DNA from: Flavobacteriaceae bacterium
GTDB lineage: Bacteria; Bacteroidota; Bacteroidia; Flavobacteriales; Flavobacteriaceae
DNA length: 64,000 nucleotides
NCBI GenBank assembly: GCA_013001285.1
Contig: JABDMU010000052.1
Coordinates: forward strand, 2,714 to 66,713
Reading direction: 5' to 3'
The position numbers were made by a program, and so were the translations under genes. Shown piece by piece: positions 20,301-27,051 of the stretch. Position 1 is the stretch's first letter. Every line of letters begins with the position of its first letter. The notes under the pieces are model-generated. The model saw only the letters and a program-made list of their open reading frames with translations. It had not been told where the DNA came from and made no database searches.

Positions 20301-20675
20301 ATCATAAAATTGCCAACGATGCTGTTGAAAATATTGCCAATAGAGCTTGGCTAGAATATTTTCTAAAAAATTAGAAGTTGGAGGTTCGCTTTCTACAATT
20401 TTTTGTTTGAAGTCGGAAATTATTTTTAACTGCGCATCCTCCTCGAGGGTTAAAGCAAATTTACTTTTATAAAGCAACGCTTTAACCTGTTGCTGTGAAT
20501 TTTGTTCATTATCAGCTTTGCTAGTTATCTGAGAAACGATCTTTAAAGCCGACTTAGGTAAACCTTCCATTTCAAATTTCTCGACAGATTTCCAAAGGTC
20601 ATCGTAGCTATTGTCTTGAGATTGTGATAGATTTGCAAAGAGTACGATCATTAGTAGAGTAAAAATGTGCTTCAT
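14328..20675 (-). CDS. Alpha-2-macroglobulin family protein (thioester type) with an internal carboxypeptidase-regulatory-like / SusC-N-terminal-like module
   Basis: Length 2115 aa with an SPI-like signal. ETAFFFPQLTTD A2M-domain motif. Thioester motif CNEQ at 15963-15974. SusC-like module at 16800-17090. Confidence 0.8.
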   Translation of the reverse strand: MKHIFTLLMIVLFANLSQSQDNSYDDLWKSVEKFEMEGLPKSALKIVSQITSKADNEQNSQQQVKALLYKSKFALTLEEDAQLKIISDFKQKIVESEPPTSNFLENILAKLYWQYFQQHRWQFYDRSKTEEKVDVNDFRTWDLQTLFNEIHLHYQNSLKNGLILQQEDIRDYELLLHTVENSEIYRPTLFDFLAHNALEFYKTTENSITKPAYKFEVDDPSFLGDAISFSQMEISSKDVVSLQLNALKIYQDLINSHKSDDTKFALVAVDIERLNFVNEHATFSEKTELLINILQTEIDRHASHEISGLYAFELAKIYAEQGRQYQWLKNEEPRWKLKEAFELCEATIQKFPKGVATDKCEFLKKTLVQKSLQLTSEKFLPVQQQAKLLVNYKNINTLFFKVLQLSRKQKKELDELYRKEEQFAFLKKLSAVKNWQSELRDEGDFQNHSSEILLPALKSGYYVIMSSNTPDDEMTFSFATIQVTDYAIVDKSSPENFIYQIIDRSDGQPISNAKVILTYSFNNKRDGRDIVTTNANGEVHIKKKDDRYRRLDIEVQHKDQTAYFDGYYLSRYYGNNEEVPVQFRSFLFTDRSIYRPGQTVYFKGIAMQTKDGVSKVIPDELFHVELIDVNENEVGALKIKSNEFGSVAGEFILPNGGLTGLYYINLYADSGKIDVDSEHYFSVEEYKRPKFEAKFDPVSETYKIDDIVKVSGSALAYAGSNITKAKVVYRVHREVQYPRWYHWYHPWFNSEPQEIKHGETTTDDQGNFVIEFPALADKSADKKNLPIFHYKISADVTDINGETRSTTTIVNVGYHAITATLKLESQLEKSKKDHRIAFETKNLNGELVNTSGTIKIYKLKAPSRVVRQRPWNAPDYQMFSENEFIRLFPNEAYAKEDELISWNKGDLIFEEKFDSETEKSLDLGNIKKWKSGHYIAVLETKDDFGQLVKDEIRTFVFGKADKTLPDNQLFSVSTDKSKFQEGDKVKLRIASAGNINVTVDVEKDQKVVNTYIIELDNNIKTLSIPVTENDLGGFVIHCTYAAYNSFDYELVQIAVPYPKKDLEIETLTFRDKLQPGADETWSWKIKGPNGDKVSAELLTSMYDASLDQFKPHHWTFDPFQNSVYSSLSHRNARSTFGNVNFRIYQEQRPNMPYTIQNYDRFNWFGFDFNNNRWVYQRYLRSLKAQKESSFNENITKGTIAGTVNDEQGLPLPGVNIIVKNTTTGVQSDFDGNFSIQATKGQTLVFSYVGYMTTEHVIDDNNYIVLNMFEDGEAMDEVVVTAQGIGRNKRSLELAAPLAMADEEDAMERSMGEISGVQLNETEQSEDSSVSFEGVQVRKNLEETAFFFPQLTTDKDGNVSFNFKTPESLTQWKLQLLAHTKSLESATATFETVTQKELMVIPNAPRFLREGDQIVIQSKIANISESDLSGQVVLQLFDALTGNEIDSKLGNDEHTQAFSVTARGNTNVSWSLSIPFDVQAVQYKIIAKAGDFSDGEQNALPVLSNRMLVTESMPMWLRSNDSKTFSLDKLKTNTSSTLKHHKLTFEMTSNPAWYAVQALPYLMEFPYDCNEQTFARFYANALATHIANSNPRIQEVFNQWRNSDALLSNLEKNQALKSLLIQETPWLRDAQSESEQKKRIALLFDLNKMNSELKSSLLKLKTNQMSNGAWPWFNGGRSNRYITQHIVAGFAHLEHLDNMQFDESITRELPNMLNKALSYLDSEFLKEYRDLRKYNKDVDLSKDHLTSSQLQYLYIRSFIPDSKVPKDVKEVIDYYREQIRTYWLKRGLYQKGLMALIMHRSNDVLTADRIIKSLRENSITSDELGMYWKENTSSWYWYQAPIETQALMIEAFSEIEDDVRTIDNLKIWLLKNKQTNSWKTTKATTEAVYALLLKGSNWLSVTDMVEVVIGNKPLDPNKLEAVKLEAGTGYFKTSWNGPEITSEMANVKLDKKGEGIAWGSLYWQYFEDLDKITSAETPLKLDKKLFLKRNTDLGEEISEITEDTELEVGDLIRVRIELRSDRPMEFVHMKDMRAAAMEPIHVLSEYKWQDNLGYYESTKDASTNFFFDYLPKGVFVFEYDLRVNNSGNFSNGITTIQSMYAPEFSSHSEGVRVKIN

Positions 20676-20789
20676 GATATTAATTTTACCACAATAATAC
20701 CTTCAAAATGTGTTCCAAAAAATACTAAATGAGTGAATGGTTACGTTGGTTGAGTGAAGTTACTCATTTTTATAATAAAGAAGAAAGTT

Positions 20790-20797
20790 TATTTTTG
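20790..20797 (+). promoter_or_regulatory. Bacteroidota -7 promoter box upstream of the TPR gene
   Basis: tatttttg lies 20 nt upstream of the ATG at 20818. Confidence 0.35.
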
Positions 20798-20817
20798 TCC
20801 TTTCGACTTCAAGAACT

Positions 20818-21771
20818 ATGAAAAAATTTATTTGCCTTTTATTTTTACCTACTTTAATGTTGGGCCAAAACTTGAGTGTAGAAGTTGGTCATTTATTTCA
20901 GAAGAAATTATTCTCAAAGGCAGAGCATGTCTTACAGGATTATATGAATATCAATCCTAATGATATCAATGCTATCGAACTTTTAGGAGATGCCTATGGC
21001 CATCAAAGAAAATGGGATAAGGCTATATCACAGTATAAACAATTGGTTGAAAGAGACAATACGAATGCTAATTTTCATTATAAGTATGGAGGTGCTTTAG
21101 GAATGAAGGCGCTTTCAATAAGTAAGATCAGGGCACTTGGATTAATAGGCGATATCAAGGAAGCCTTTACAAATGCGGTTTTGTTAGACCATGAACATAT
21201 TGATGCACGATGGGCCTTGGTTGAATTCTATATGCAGTTACCTGGAATTGTAGGGGGAAGTAAGAAAAAGTCATTAAAATATGCCGAAGAACTAGAGGAC
21301 TTGTCAAAGGTTGATGGTTATTTGGCAAAAGGCTATATCTACGAATATGATAATGAACCAGAATTAGCAGAGAAGTATTATAAGTTGGCCATAAAAGAAG
21401 GTGGATCGATAACCTGTTTCAATAAGTTGACAAATCTGTACGAAAATCAGAATGAACCAGAAAAGGCAGTGAACAATCTTGAAAACGCTTATATAAAGCA
21501 TAACAAAAATGCACTGCATTATCAGATCGGGAAAGTTTGTGCTGATTATAATATTGAACTTGAAAAAGGTGAACGTTGCTTGATGCGTTATATAGAGAAT
21601 TATTCGGCTCGTGACGGTGTTCCGGTTGAATGGGCATACTATAGATTGGCTCAAATTTATAAGAATAAAAACGACAAGGAAAAAGCGTTGAGCTGGATTA
21701 ACAAAGCCTTGAATATAAGAAGTGACTTTAATCAAGCGAAGAAAGAAAAAGTAGAAATTCTGGCTTTGTAA
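20818..21771 (+). CDS. Secreted tetratricopeptide-repeat protein
   Basis: N-terminal signal peptide. Repeated A/Y/L-spaced 34-residue helical motifs (e.g. LGDAYGHQRKWDKAISQYKQLV, YRLAQIYKNKNDKEKALSWINKAL). Confidence 0.7.
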   Translation: MKKFICLLFLPTLMLGQNLSVEVGHLFQKKLFSKAEHVLQDYMNINPNDINAIELLGDAYGHQRKWDKAISQYKQLVERDNTNANFHYKYGGALGMKALSISKIRALGLIGDIKEAFTNAVLLDHEHIDARWALVEFYMQLPGIVGGSKKKSLKYAEELEDLSKVDGYLAKGYIYEYDNEPELAEKYYKLAIKEGGSITCFNKLTNLYENQNEPEKAVNNLENAYIKHNKNALHYQIGKVCADYNIELEKGERCLMRYIENYSARDGVPVEWAYYRLAQIYKNKNDKEKALSWINKALNIRSDFNQAKKEKVEILAL

Positions 21772-21798
21772 CGCTTAATTTATCAGTATTGACACTAT

Positions 21799-21826
21799 TA
21801 AATTACCTAAGAAGGTAATTTTTTTT
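21799..21826 (+). terminator. Rho-independent terminator after the TPR gene
   Basis: aaattacct-aaga-aggtaattt stem-loop followed by a T run. Confidence 0.5.
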
Positions 21827-21857
21827 GTATTTATTTTGGAATTAATAGTAATACTAT

Positions 21858-21865
21858 TATATTTG
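21858..21865 (+). promoter_or_regulatory. Bacteroidota -7 promoter box upstream of the TetR-ABC-HlyD-TolC operon
   Basis: tatatttg lies 18 nt upstream of the ATG at 21884. Confidence 0.35.
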
Positions 21866-21883
21866 CAATCAAAATTAATAAAT

Positions 21884-22558
21884 ATGAAAACATTACTTTC
21901 AAATTTAAAAATAGTCGTACCGGATAAAATTTTCATTAAAGATCCTGAATCATCTGATCTTGGAAAACGAATTATTGAACATAGTATTCTATTAATTGAT
22001 GAAATTGGTTTTGATAATTTCACATTTAAAAAGTTAGGCGTAAGAATTGGTTCAAATGAAAGTTCAATCTATCGTTATTTTGAAAGTAAACATAAATTAT
22101 TGCTGTATTTGACTTCGTGGTATTGGGCATGGATCGAGTACCAATTAGTTCTTGAAACCTTTAGTATTACAGATGTTGACCAACAACTAAGCAAAGCCAT
22201 TGAGATTGTTACAAGAACAATAAAAGAGGATACTACATTCAATCATATTAATGAAATCGTTCTTAATAAGATCATAATTAATGAATATTCAAAGTCCTAT
22301 TTAACCAAAGAGGTAGATCAGGAAAACAAAGAGGGCTATTTTATCATTTATAAACGACTTGTGACCAGAATCAAAGAGTTCATATTGAAAGTAAAACCCG
22401 ATTATAAATTTCCTGCCAGCCTGGCAAGCACCATTGTTGAAGGATCCTTACATCAGCATTTTCTTGTGGAGCATTTTAAATCGATTACCGATTGTAACGT
22501 GTCTAATTCGCCAACCTTATTTTTCAACGAACTTACATTCACCGTTTTAAAAAAGTAG
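21884..22558 (+). CDS. TetR/AcrR-family transcriptional regulator
   Basis: N-terminal HTH FTFKKLGVRIGSNESSIYRYFESKHKLL. The ORF track starts at 21836, but the ATG at 21884 follows the promoter box. Confidence 0.8.
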   Translation: MKTLLSNLKIVVPDKIFIKDPESSDLGKRIIEHSILLIDEIGFDNFTFKKLGVRIGSNESSIYRYFESKHKLLLYLTSWYWAWIEYQLVLETFSITDVDQQLSKAIEIVTRTIKEDTTFNHINEIVLNKIIINEYSKSYLTKEVDQENKEGYFIIYKRLVTRIKEFILKVKPDYKFPASLASTIVEGSLHQHFLVEHFKSITDCNVSNSPTLFFNELTFTVLKK

Positions 22559-22559
22559 T

Positions 22560-24215
22560 ATGGAACCATCAATAATGACACCTTGGAAACGATTGGTAGG
22601 TCTTCTCCAACTTGAAAGAAGAGCAGTTCTTCAGGTTTTATATTATGCAATATTCTCGGGTATTGTAACATTGACCTTACCATTGGGAATTCAGGCAATT
22701 ATCAATATCATTCAAGGCGCTCAGATGACCACATCTTGGATTGTTCTCGTCTTTCTGGTTACCTTAGGAGTTGCTTTCGCTGGAATATTACAACTCATGC
22801 AAATGAGAATTATAGAAACCATACAGCAACGCGTTTTTACCAGAGCTTCATTTGAATTTACATTCCGATTCCCTAAAATCAAGATGGATGAACTCCAAAA
22901 TTACTATCCGCCAGAATTAGCAAATCGATTTTTTGACACCTTAAATGTTCAGAAAGGTCTGGCTAAGATTTTGGTTGATATACCAGCCGCAATCTTGCAA
23001 ATCATCTTTGCATTAATCTTACTCTCGTTTTACCATCCGTTTTTTATAGCCTTTGGGGTGCTTTTATTAATATTGATCTATACCGTTTTCAGATTTACGG
23101 CCCAAAGGGGAATGAAAACCAGTTTGAACGAATCCATGCATAAATACAAAGTAGCGCATTGGATTCAAGAAGTAGCACGAGCTGTAACAAGTTTTAAATT
23201 GTCTGGAAGAACAAAACTTGCACTAACAAAAAATGACGAGCTCGTTACTGAGTATCTAGAAGCAAGAGAAAGTCATTTCAAAATTTTAGTGATTCAATTC
23301 ATTCAAATGATCAGTTTTAAAGTCGTTGTAACCGCCGGACTGCTGCTGATTGGTGGATTGCTCGTTCTGAATCAGGAGATGAATATTGGCCAATTTGTTG
23401 CTGCTGAAATCATAATTCTCTTAGTCATCAGTGCAGTTGAAAAATTGATATTAGGTTTAGAAGATTTTTATGATATTCTAACTTCACTTGAGAAAATTGG
23501 TCAGGTCGTTGATAAGGAGCTCGAAGCCCAAAATGGAGAAATCACAGATTTTAATAAAGATTTTGGAATAGAATTAGATGGTGTTAGTTTTAATGTTTCC
23601 AATAGAAATAAAGCCATTTTAAAAAACATCAACCTGAAAATTGAGGCTGGTAAAAGTTTGTTGATACGTGGTGAAAGCGGTTCTGGTAAATCGAGCTTGC
23701 TTAGGATAATTGCTGGGGTCATTAAACCAACTGAAGGCTCGATCTTTATAGGCCAGTCGTCAATCGATACTATAAACCTCAATTACTATCGTTCTCAAAT
23801 TGGCTTGTCCCTTTCTGAGGAATCTCCTTTTGAAGGTACCTTACGTGAAAACTTAACTTTTGGTGATTCCTCTATAACAGATGTCGCCATACATGAAACT
23901 ATTGAGAATACAGGTTTACTCGATTTTGTAAAGCAACTTCCAAATGGACTTAGCACTATGCTTTACCCCGAAGGTAAACAAATGTCATATTCGATTTCTA
24001 AAAAAATCATTTTATCTCGAGCTATTCTTAAACAACCAAAAATTTTAATTCTGGAAAACCCTCTTGATCAATTTGAAAACGAAGAGGCTGTACGAATAAT
24101 GAACTTTTTAACTGATAAATCACATAACTGGACGCTAATTGTTGTAAGTATGAGCAAGGGATGGGAAAAGATTTGTGATCAAACAATTACGCTCAAACAA
24201 GGAAAGATATCTTAA
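22560..24215 (+). CDS. ABC half-transporter (type I exporter fold, no C39 peptidase domain) with a degenerate nucleotide-binding domain
   Basis: Six-TM exporter domain followed by an NBD with Walker A GESGSGKS. The signature, Walker B, Q-loop and H-loop positions are all substituted (see finding). Confidence 0.8.
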   Translation: MEPSIMTPWKRLVGLLQLERRAVLQVLYYAIFSGIVTLTLPLGIQAIINIIQGAQMTTSWIVLVFLVTLGVAFAGILQLMQMRIIETIQQRVFTRASFEFTFRFPKIKMDELQNYYPPELANRFFDTLNVQKGLAKILVDIPAAILQIIFALILLSFYHPFFIAFGVLLLILIYTVFRFTAQRGMKTSLNESMHKYKVAHWIQEVARAVTSFKLSGRTKLALTKNDELVTEYLEARESHFKILVIQFIQMISFKVVVTAGLLLIGGLLVLNQEMNIGQFVAAEIIILLVISAVEKLILGLEDFYDILTSLEKIGQVVDKELEAQNGEITDFNKDFGIELDGVSFNVSNRNKAILKNINLKIEAGKSLLIRGESGSGKSSLLRIIAGVIKPTEGSIFIGQSSIDTINLNYYRSQIGLSLSEESPFEGTLRENLTFGDSSITDVAIHETIENTGLLDFVKQLPNGLSTMLYPEGKQMSYSISKKIILSRAILKQPKILILENPLDQFENEEAVRIMNFLTDKSHNWTLIVVSMSKGWEKICDQTITLKQGKIS

Positions 24216-24229
24216 AAATTAAATTTAAT

Positions 24230-25576
24230 ATGCTGAACATATCTCATAATAATTTGAATAAACAATTTGATTTCTCTCCTTATAAATCAGGAGAAAAGGT
24301 CTTTCATAAAAAATACTATAAGCATTTTAATCGTTTTCTTTTGGCCTTTGCAATTTTTGGTATTATCATATTATTTTTCCCATGGACTCAAACCATCTCA
24401 AGCAATGGACAGGTTACGACCTTAAAACCAGATCAACGTCCTCAAACCATACAATCTCCAATACCTGGTCGAATTGAAAACTGGTTTGTTCAAGAAGGCG
24501 ATTTCGTAAAAAAGGGAGATACAATTTTGGAAATATCTGAAGTCAAAAGTGATTATTTCGATCCAAATCTTGTAGAACGTACAAGCGCCCAGATCAAGGC
24601 CAAGTCATCTTCGGTAATATCTTATGGAGAAAAAATAAAAGCCTTACAAAGGCAAGTATCGGCTTTAAGAACTGAACAAAGTTTAAAATTGCAGCAAGCT
24701 GAAAACAAATTAAAACAAGCACATCTTAAAGTGAAGAGTGATAGCATTGATTTGGAGGCTGCAAAGACTAATCAAGGGATAGCACTGCTTCAATTTGAAA
24801 GAATTAAGAAACTGCAAGAAGAAGGCCTTAAAGCACTCAAGGATGTAGAGGAGAAACGTTTAAAACTTCAAGAGTCTGAAGCAAAACTTGTTTCTCAACA
24901 AAACAAACTTCTAACAAGTGAAAATGAAGTTATCAATGCACAAATGGATATCTCCAGTGTCAATGCTTCATACAATGATAAAATCTCCAAAGTACAGAGT
25001 GAAATTTATGCAGCTCAATCTAGTCAGTTTGATACAGAGGCTCAGGTGACCAAGCTTGAGAATAGCTTTTCTAATTATGAAATAAGGAGCAGATTACGCT
25101 ATGTTACTGCGCCTCAAAATGGATATATCAATAAGGCCATACGTGCAGGAATAGGAGAGACCTTTAAGGAAGGAGATCGATTGGTCGGTATTATGCCTTC
25201 AGATTATGACCTTGCCGTTGAAACCTATGTCGAACCTATTGATCTACCCTTACTTCATATTGGAGAAAAAATACGAATTCAATTTGATGGGTGGCCAGCA
25301 ATTGTTTTTAGCGGTTGGCCAAATGTATCTTACGGAACCTATGGAGGAAAGGTGGTAGCCATAGAAAATTTTATTAGTGATAATGGAAAATATCGAGTAC
25401 TTCTCGCACCTGATGAAGAAGATAATGAGTGGCCAAAAGCTATAAGAGTTGGCTCTGGAGCTCAAACCTTGGCCTTGCTTGAAGATGTTCCTATATGGTT
25501 CGAATTATGGCGAAAGCTCAATGGATTTCCACCCAACTATTACCTTCCAGAAACCTCTATGACCGAAAAAAAGTAG
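24230..25576 (+). CDS. HlyD-family membrane fusion/periplasmic adaptor protein
   Basis: Single N-terminal TM, lipoyl-like GDFVKKGDTILEI, a long coiled coil, and a C-terminal beta-barrel region. Confidence 0.85.
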   Translation: MLNISHNNLNKQFDFSPYKSGEKVFHKKYYKHFNRFLLAFAIFGIIILFFPWTQTISSNGQVTTLKPDQRPQTIQSPIPGRIENWFVQEGDFVKKGDTILEISEVKSDYFDPNLVERTSAQIKAKSSSVISYGEKIKALQRQVSALRTEQSLKLQQAENKLKQAHLKVKSDSIDLEAAKTNQGIALLQFERIKKLQEEGLKALKDVEEKRLKLQESEAKLVSQQNKLLTSENEVINAQMDISSVNASYNDKISKVQSEIYAAQSSQFDTEAQVTKLENSFSNYEIRSRLRYVTAPQNGYINKAIRAGIGETFKEGDRLVGIMPSDYDLAVETYVEPIDLPLLHIGEKIRIQFDGWPAIVFSGWPNVSYGTYGGKVVAIENFISDNGKYRVLLAPDEEDNEWPKAIRVGSGAQTLALLEDVPIWFELWRKLNGFPPNYYLPETSMTEKK

Positions 25577-25578
25577 TT

Positions 25579-26979
25579 ATGAAGTACATTATTTTACTTT
25601 CAGGGTTTATTATTTTTAACATGTCTTACGCTCAAGATGCGCAAAGTACAATTCTGCAATTTGATGAATATCTGGGCTACGTTAAAAAGTACCACCCTGT
25701 TGTCAAACAGGCTGAACTTATAATTGATGAGGGTCAGGCCGGTTTAATGAGAGCTCGTGGTGCATTTGATCCTAAACTTGAGGTAGATTATGAAAGAAAG
25801 GATTTTAAAAGTTTTGAGTATTACGATAAACTTAATGCAACATTTAAAATTCCTACATGGTATGGTATAGATTTAAAGGCCAACTTTGAGCAAAATCAAG
25901 GGGTATTTTTAAATCCTGAAGCAACAGTTCCTGAGGATGGTTTATACAGTGTTGGGGTCTCCTTTTCGGTAGCACAAGGGCTACTGATAAATAAGCGAAT
26001 GGCTTCGGTAAAACAAGCAAAATTATTCAGGAAACAAGCAAAAGTGGATAGAGATTTTTTGGTAAATAATATTCTCTTTGAAGCGTCTATTGCCTATTTC
26101 GAATGGCTTCAGGCATATAATGAAACCTTAGTATTTAATGATTTTCTAAGTAATGCCGAGATGCGTTTTAATGGTATCAAACAAAGTGTAAGGGCTGGTG
26201 ACCTGGCGGCAATCGATTCTGTTGAAGCCAGAATCACCATGAACAACAGAAAACTAAATTTAGAAAAAGCACGTGTCAAATTAATGAAATCTACCTTGAA
26301 AGTATCAAACTTTCTATGGTTAGAAAACAATATTCCTGTGGAGCTTCAAAATAATGTTGTTCCAGATATTGTGAATGAACAACGGATTGATGATGTCTTG
26401 AATGTTTCTGATCTTTCCTTAGAAGCCATATCCATTGAATCCCACCCAAAATTATTATCTCTTAGCTATAAATACGAGAGCCTGAAGGTAGAAAAACGAT
26501 TAAGAATGAATATGCTGTTGCCAACAATAAATCTCGAATATAACTTTTTGTCAGAAACACCAGAAATTGCAAGCTCTTTTAATACTGCCATGTATAAAAG
26601 TGGTGTTACAATTCGCTTCCCATTATTCTTAAGAAAAGAACGTGGTGAATTGAAGCTGTCGAATTTGAAATTACAAGATCAGGAATTTGAAATTGAAAAT
26701 ACTAAACTGCGTATTCGAAATAAGATAAATGCCATTCAACAAGAATTAGTGTCTTTTGAATTGCAAAATGAGTTAACAAAGCAAATCGTAGATGATTATG
26801 ATCGATTATTGAGATCGGAAGAACGCAAGTTTGAGTTGGGAGAAAGCTCTCTGTTCTTGGTCAATACTCGAGAAGGTAAACTCATTGATGCTCAATTAAA
26901 AGCAATTGAAATTCAGAATAAATTCCTTTCAACTAAAGCATCCTTATTCAATAGTCTTGCATTAAATCCAAATTTGTAA
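25579..26979 (+). CDS. TolC-family outer-membrane efflux protein
   Basis: Signal peptide MKYIILLSGFIIFNMSYAQ and two-repeat helical/beta TolC organisation. The ORF-track start at 25495 overlaps hlyD and is unlikely. Confidence 0.8.
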   Translation: MKYIILLSGFIIFNMSYAQDAQSTILQFDEYLGYVKKYHPVVKQAELIIDEGQAGLMRARGAFDPKLEVDYERKDFKSFEYYDKLNATFKIPTWYGIDLKANFEQNQGVFLNPEATVPEDGLYSVGVSFSVAQGLLINKRMASVKQAKLFRKQAKVDRDFLVNNILFEASIAYFEWLQAYNETLVFNDFLSNAEMRFNGIKQSVRAGDLAAIDSVEARITMNNRKLNLEKARVKLMKSTLKVSNFLWLENNIPVELQNNVVPDIVNEQRIDDVLNVSDLSLEAISIESHPKLLSLSYKYESLKVEKRLRMNMLLPTINLEYNFLSETPEIASSFNTAMYKSGVTIRFPLFLRKERGELKLSNLKLQDQEFEIENTKLRIRNKINAIQQELVSFELQNELTKQIVDDYDRLLRSEERKFELGESSLFLVNTREGKLIDAQLKAIEIQNKFLSTKASLFNSLALNPNL

Positions 26980-27051
26980 TTGTAATGATTTTAAAACATA
27001 ATAAACTGGTTATTATTTGGAATTTGACTTTCTGAATTTGATATTTGTCTT

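Noticed and set aside
20754-20960. 68-aa ORF overlapping the start of the TPR gene.
   Set aside because: It is in a different frame from the well-supported TPR protein, which has a proper signal peptide and a -7 box upstream. It is probably spurious.
25495-25578. N-terminal extensions proposed by the ORF track: TolC 25495-25578, rlmB 35526-35648, TetR 21836-21883, SusD 45374-45406, purK 11459-11482 and HAD 31080-31094.
   Set aside because: The extensions overlap upstream genes or precede obvious signal peptides or canonical N-termini. Internal ATG starts give standard protein lengths.
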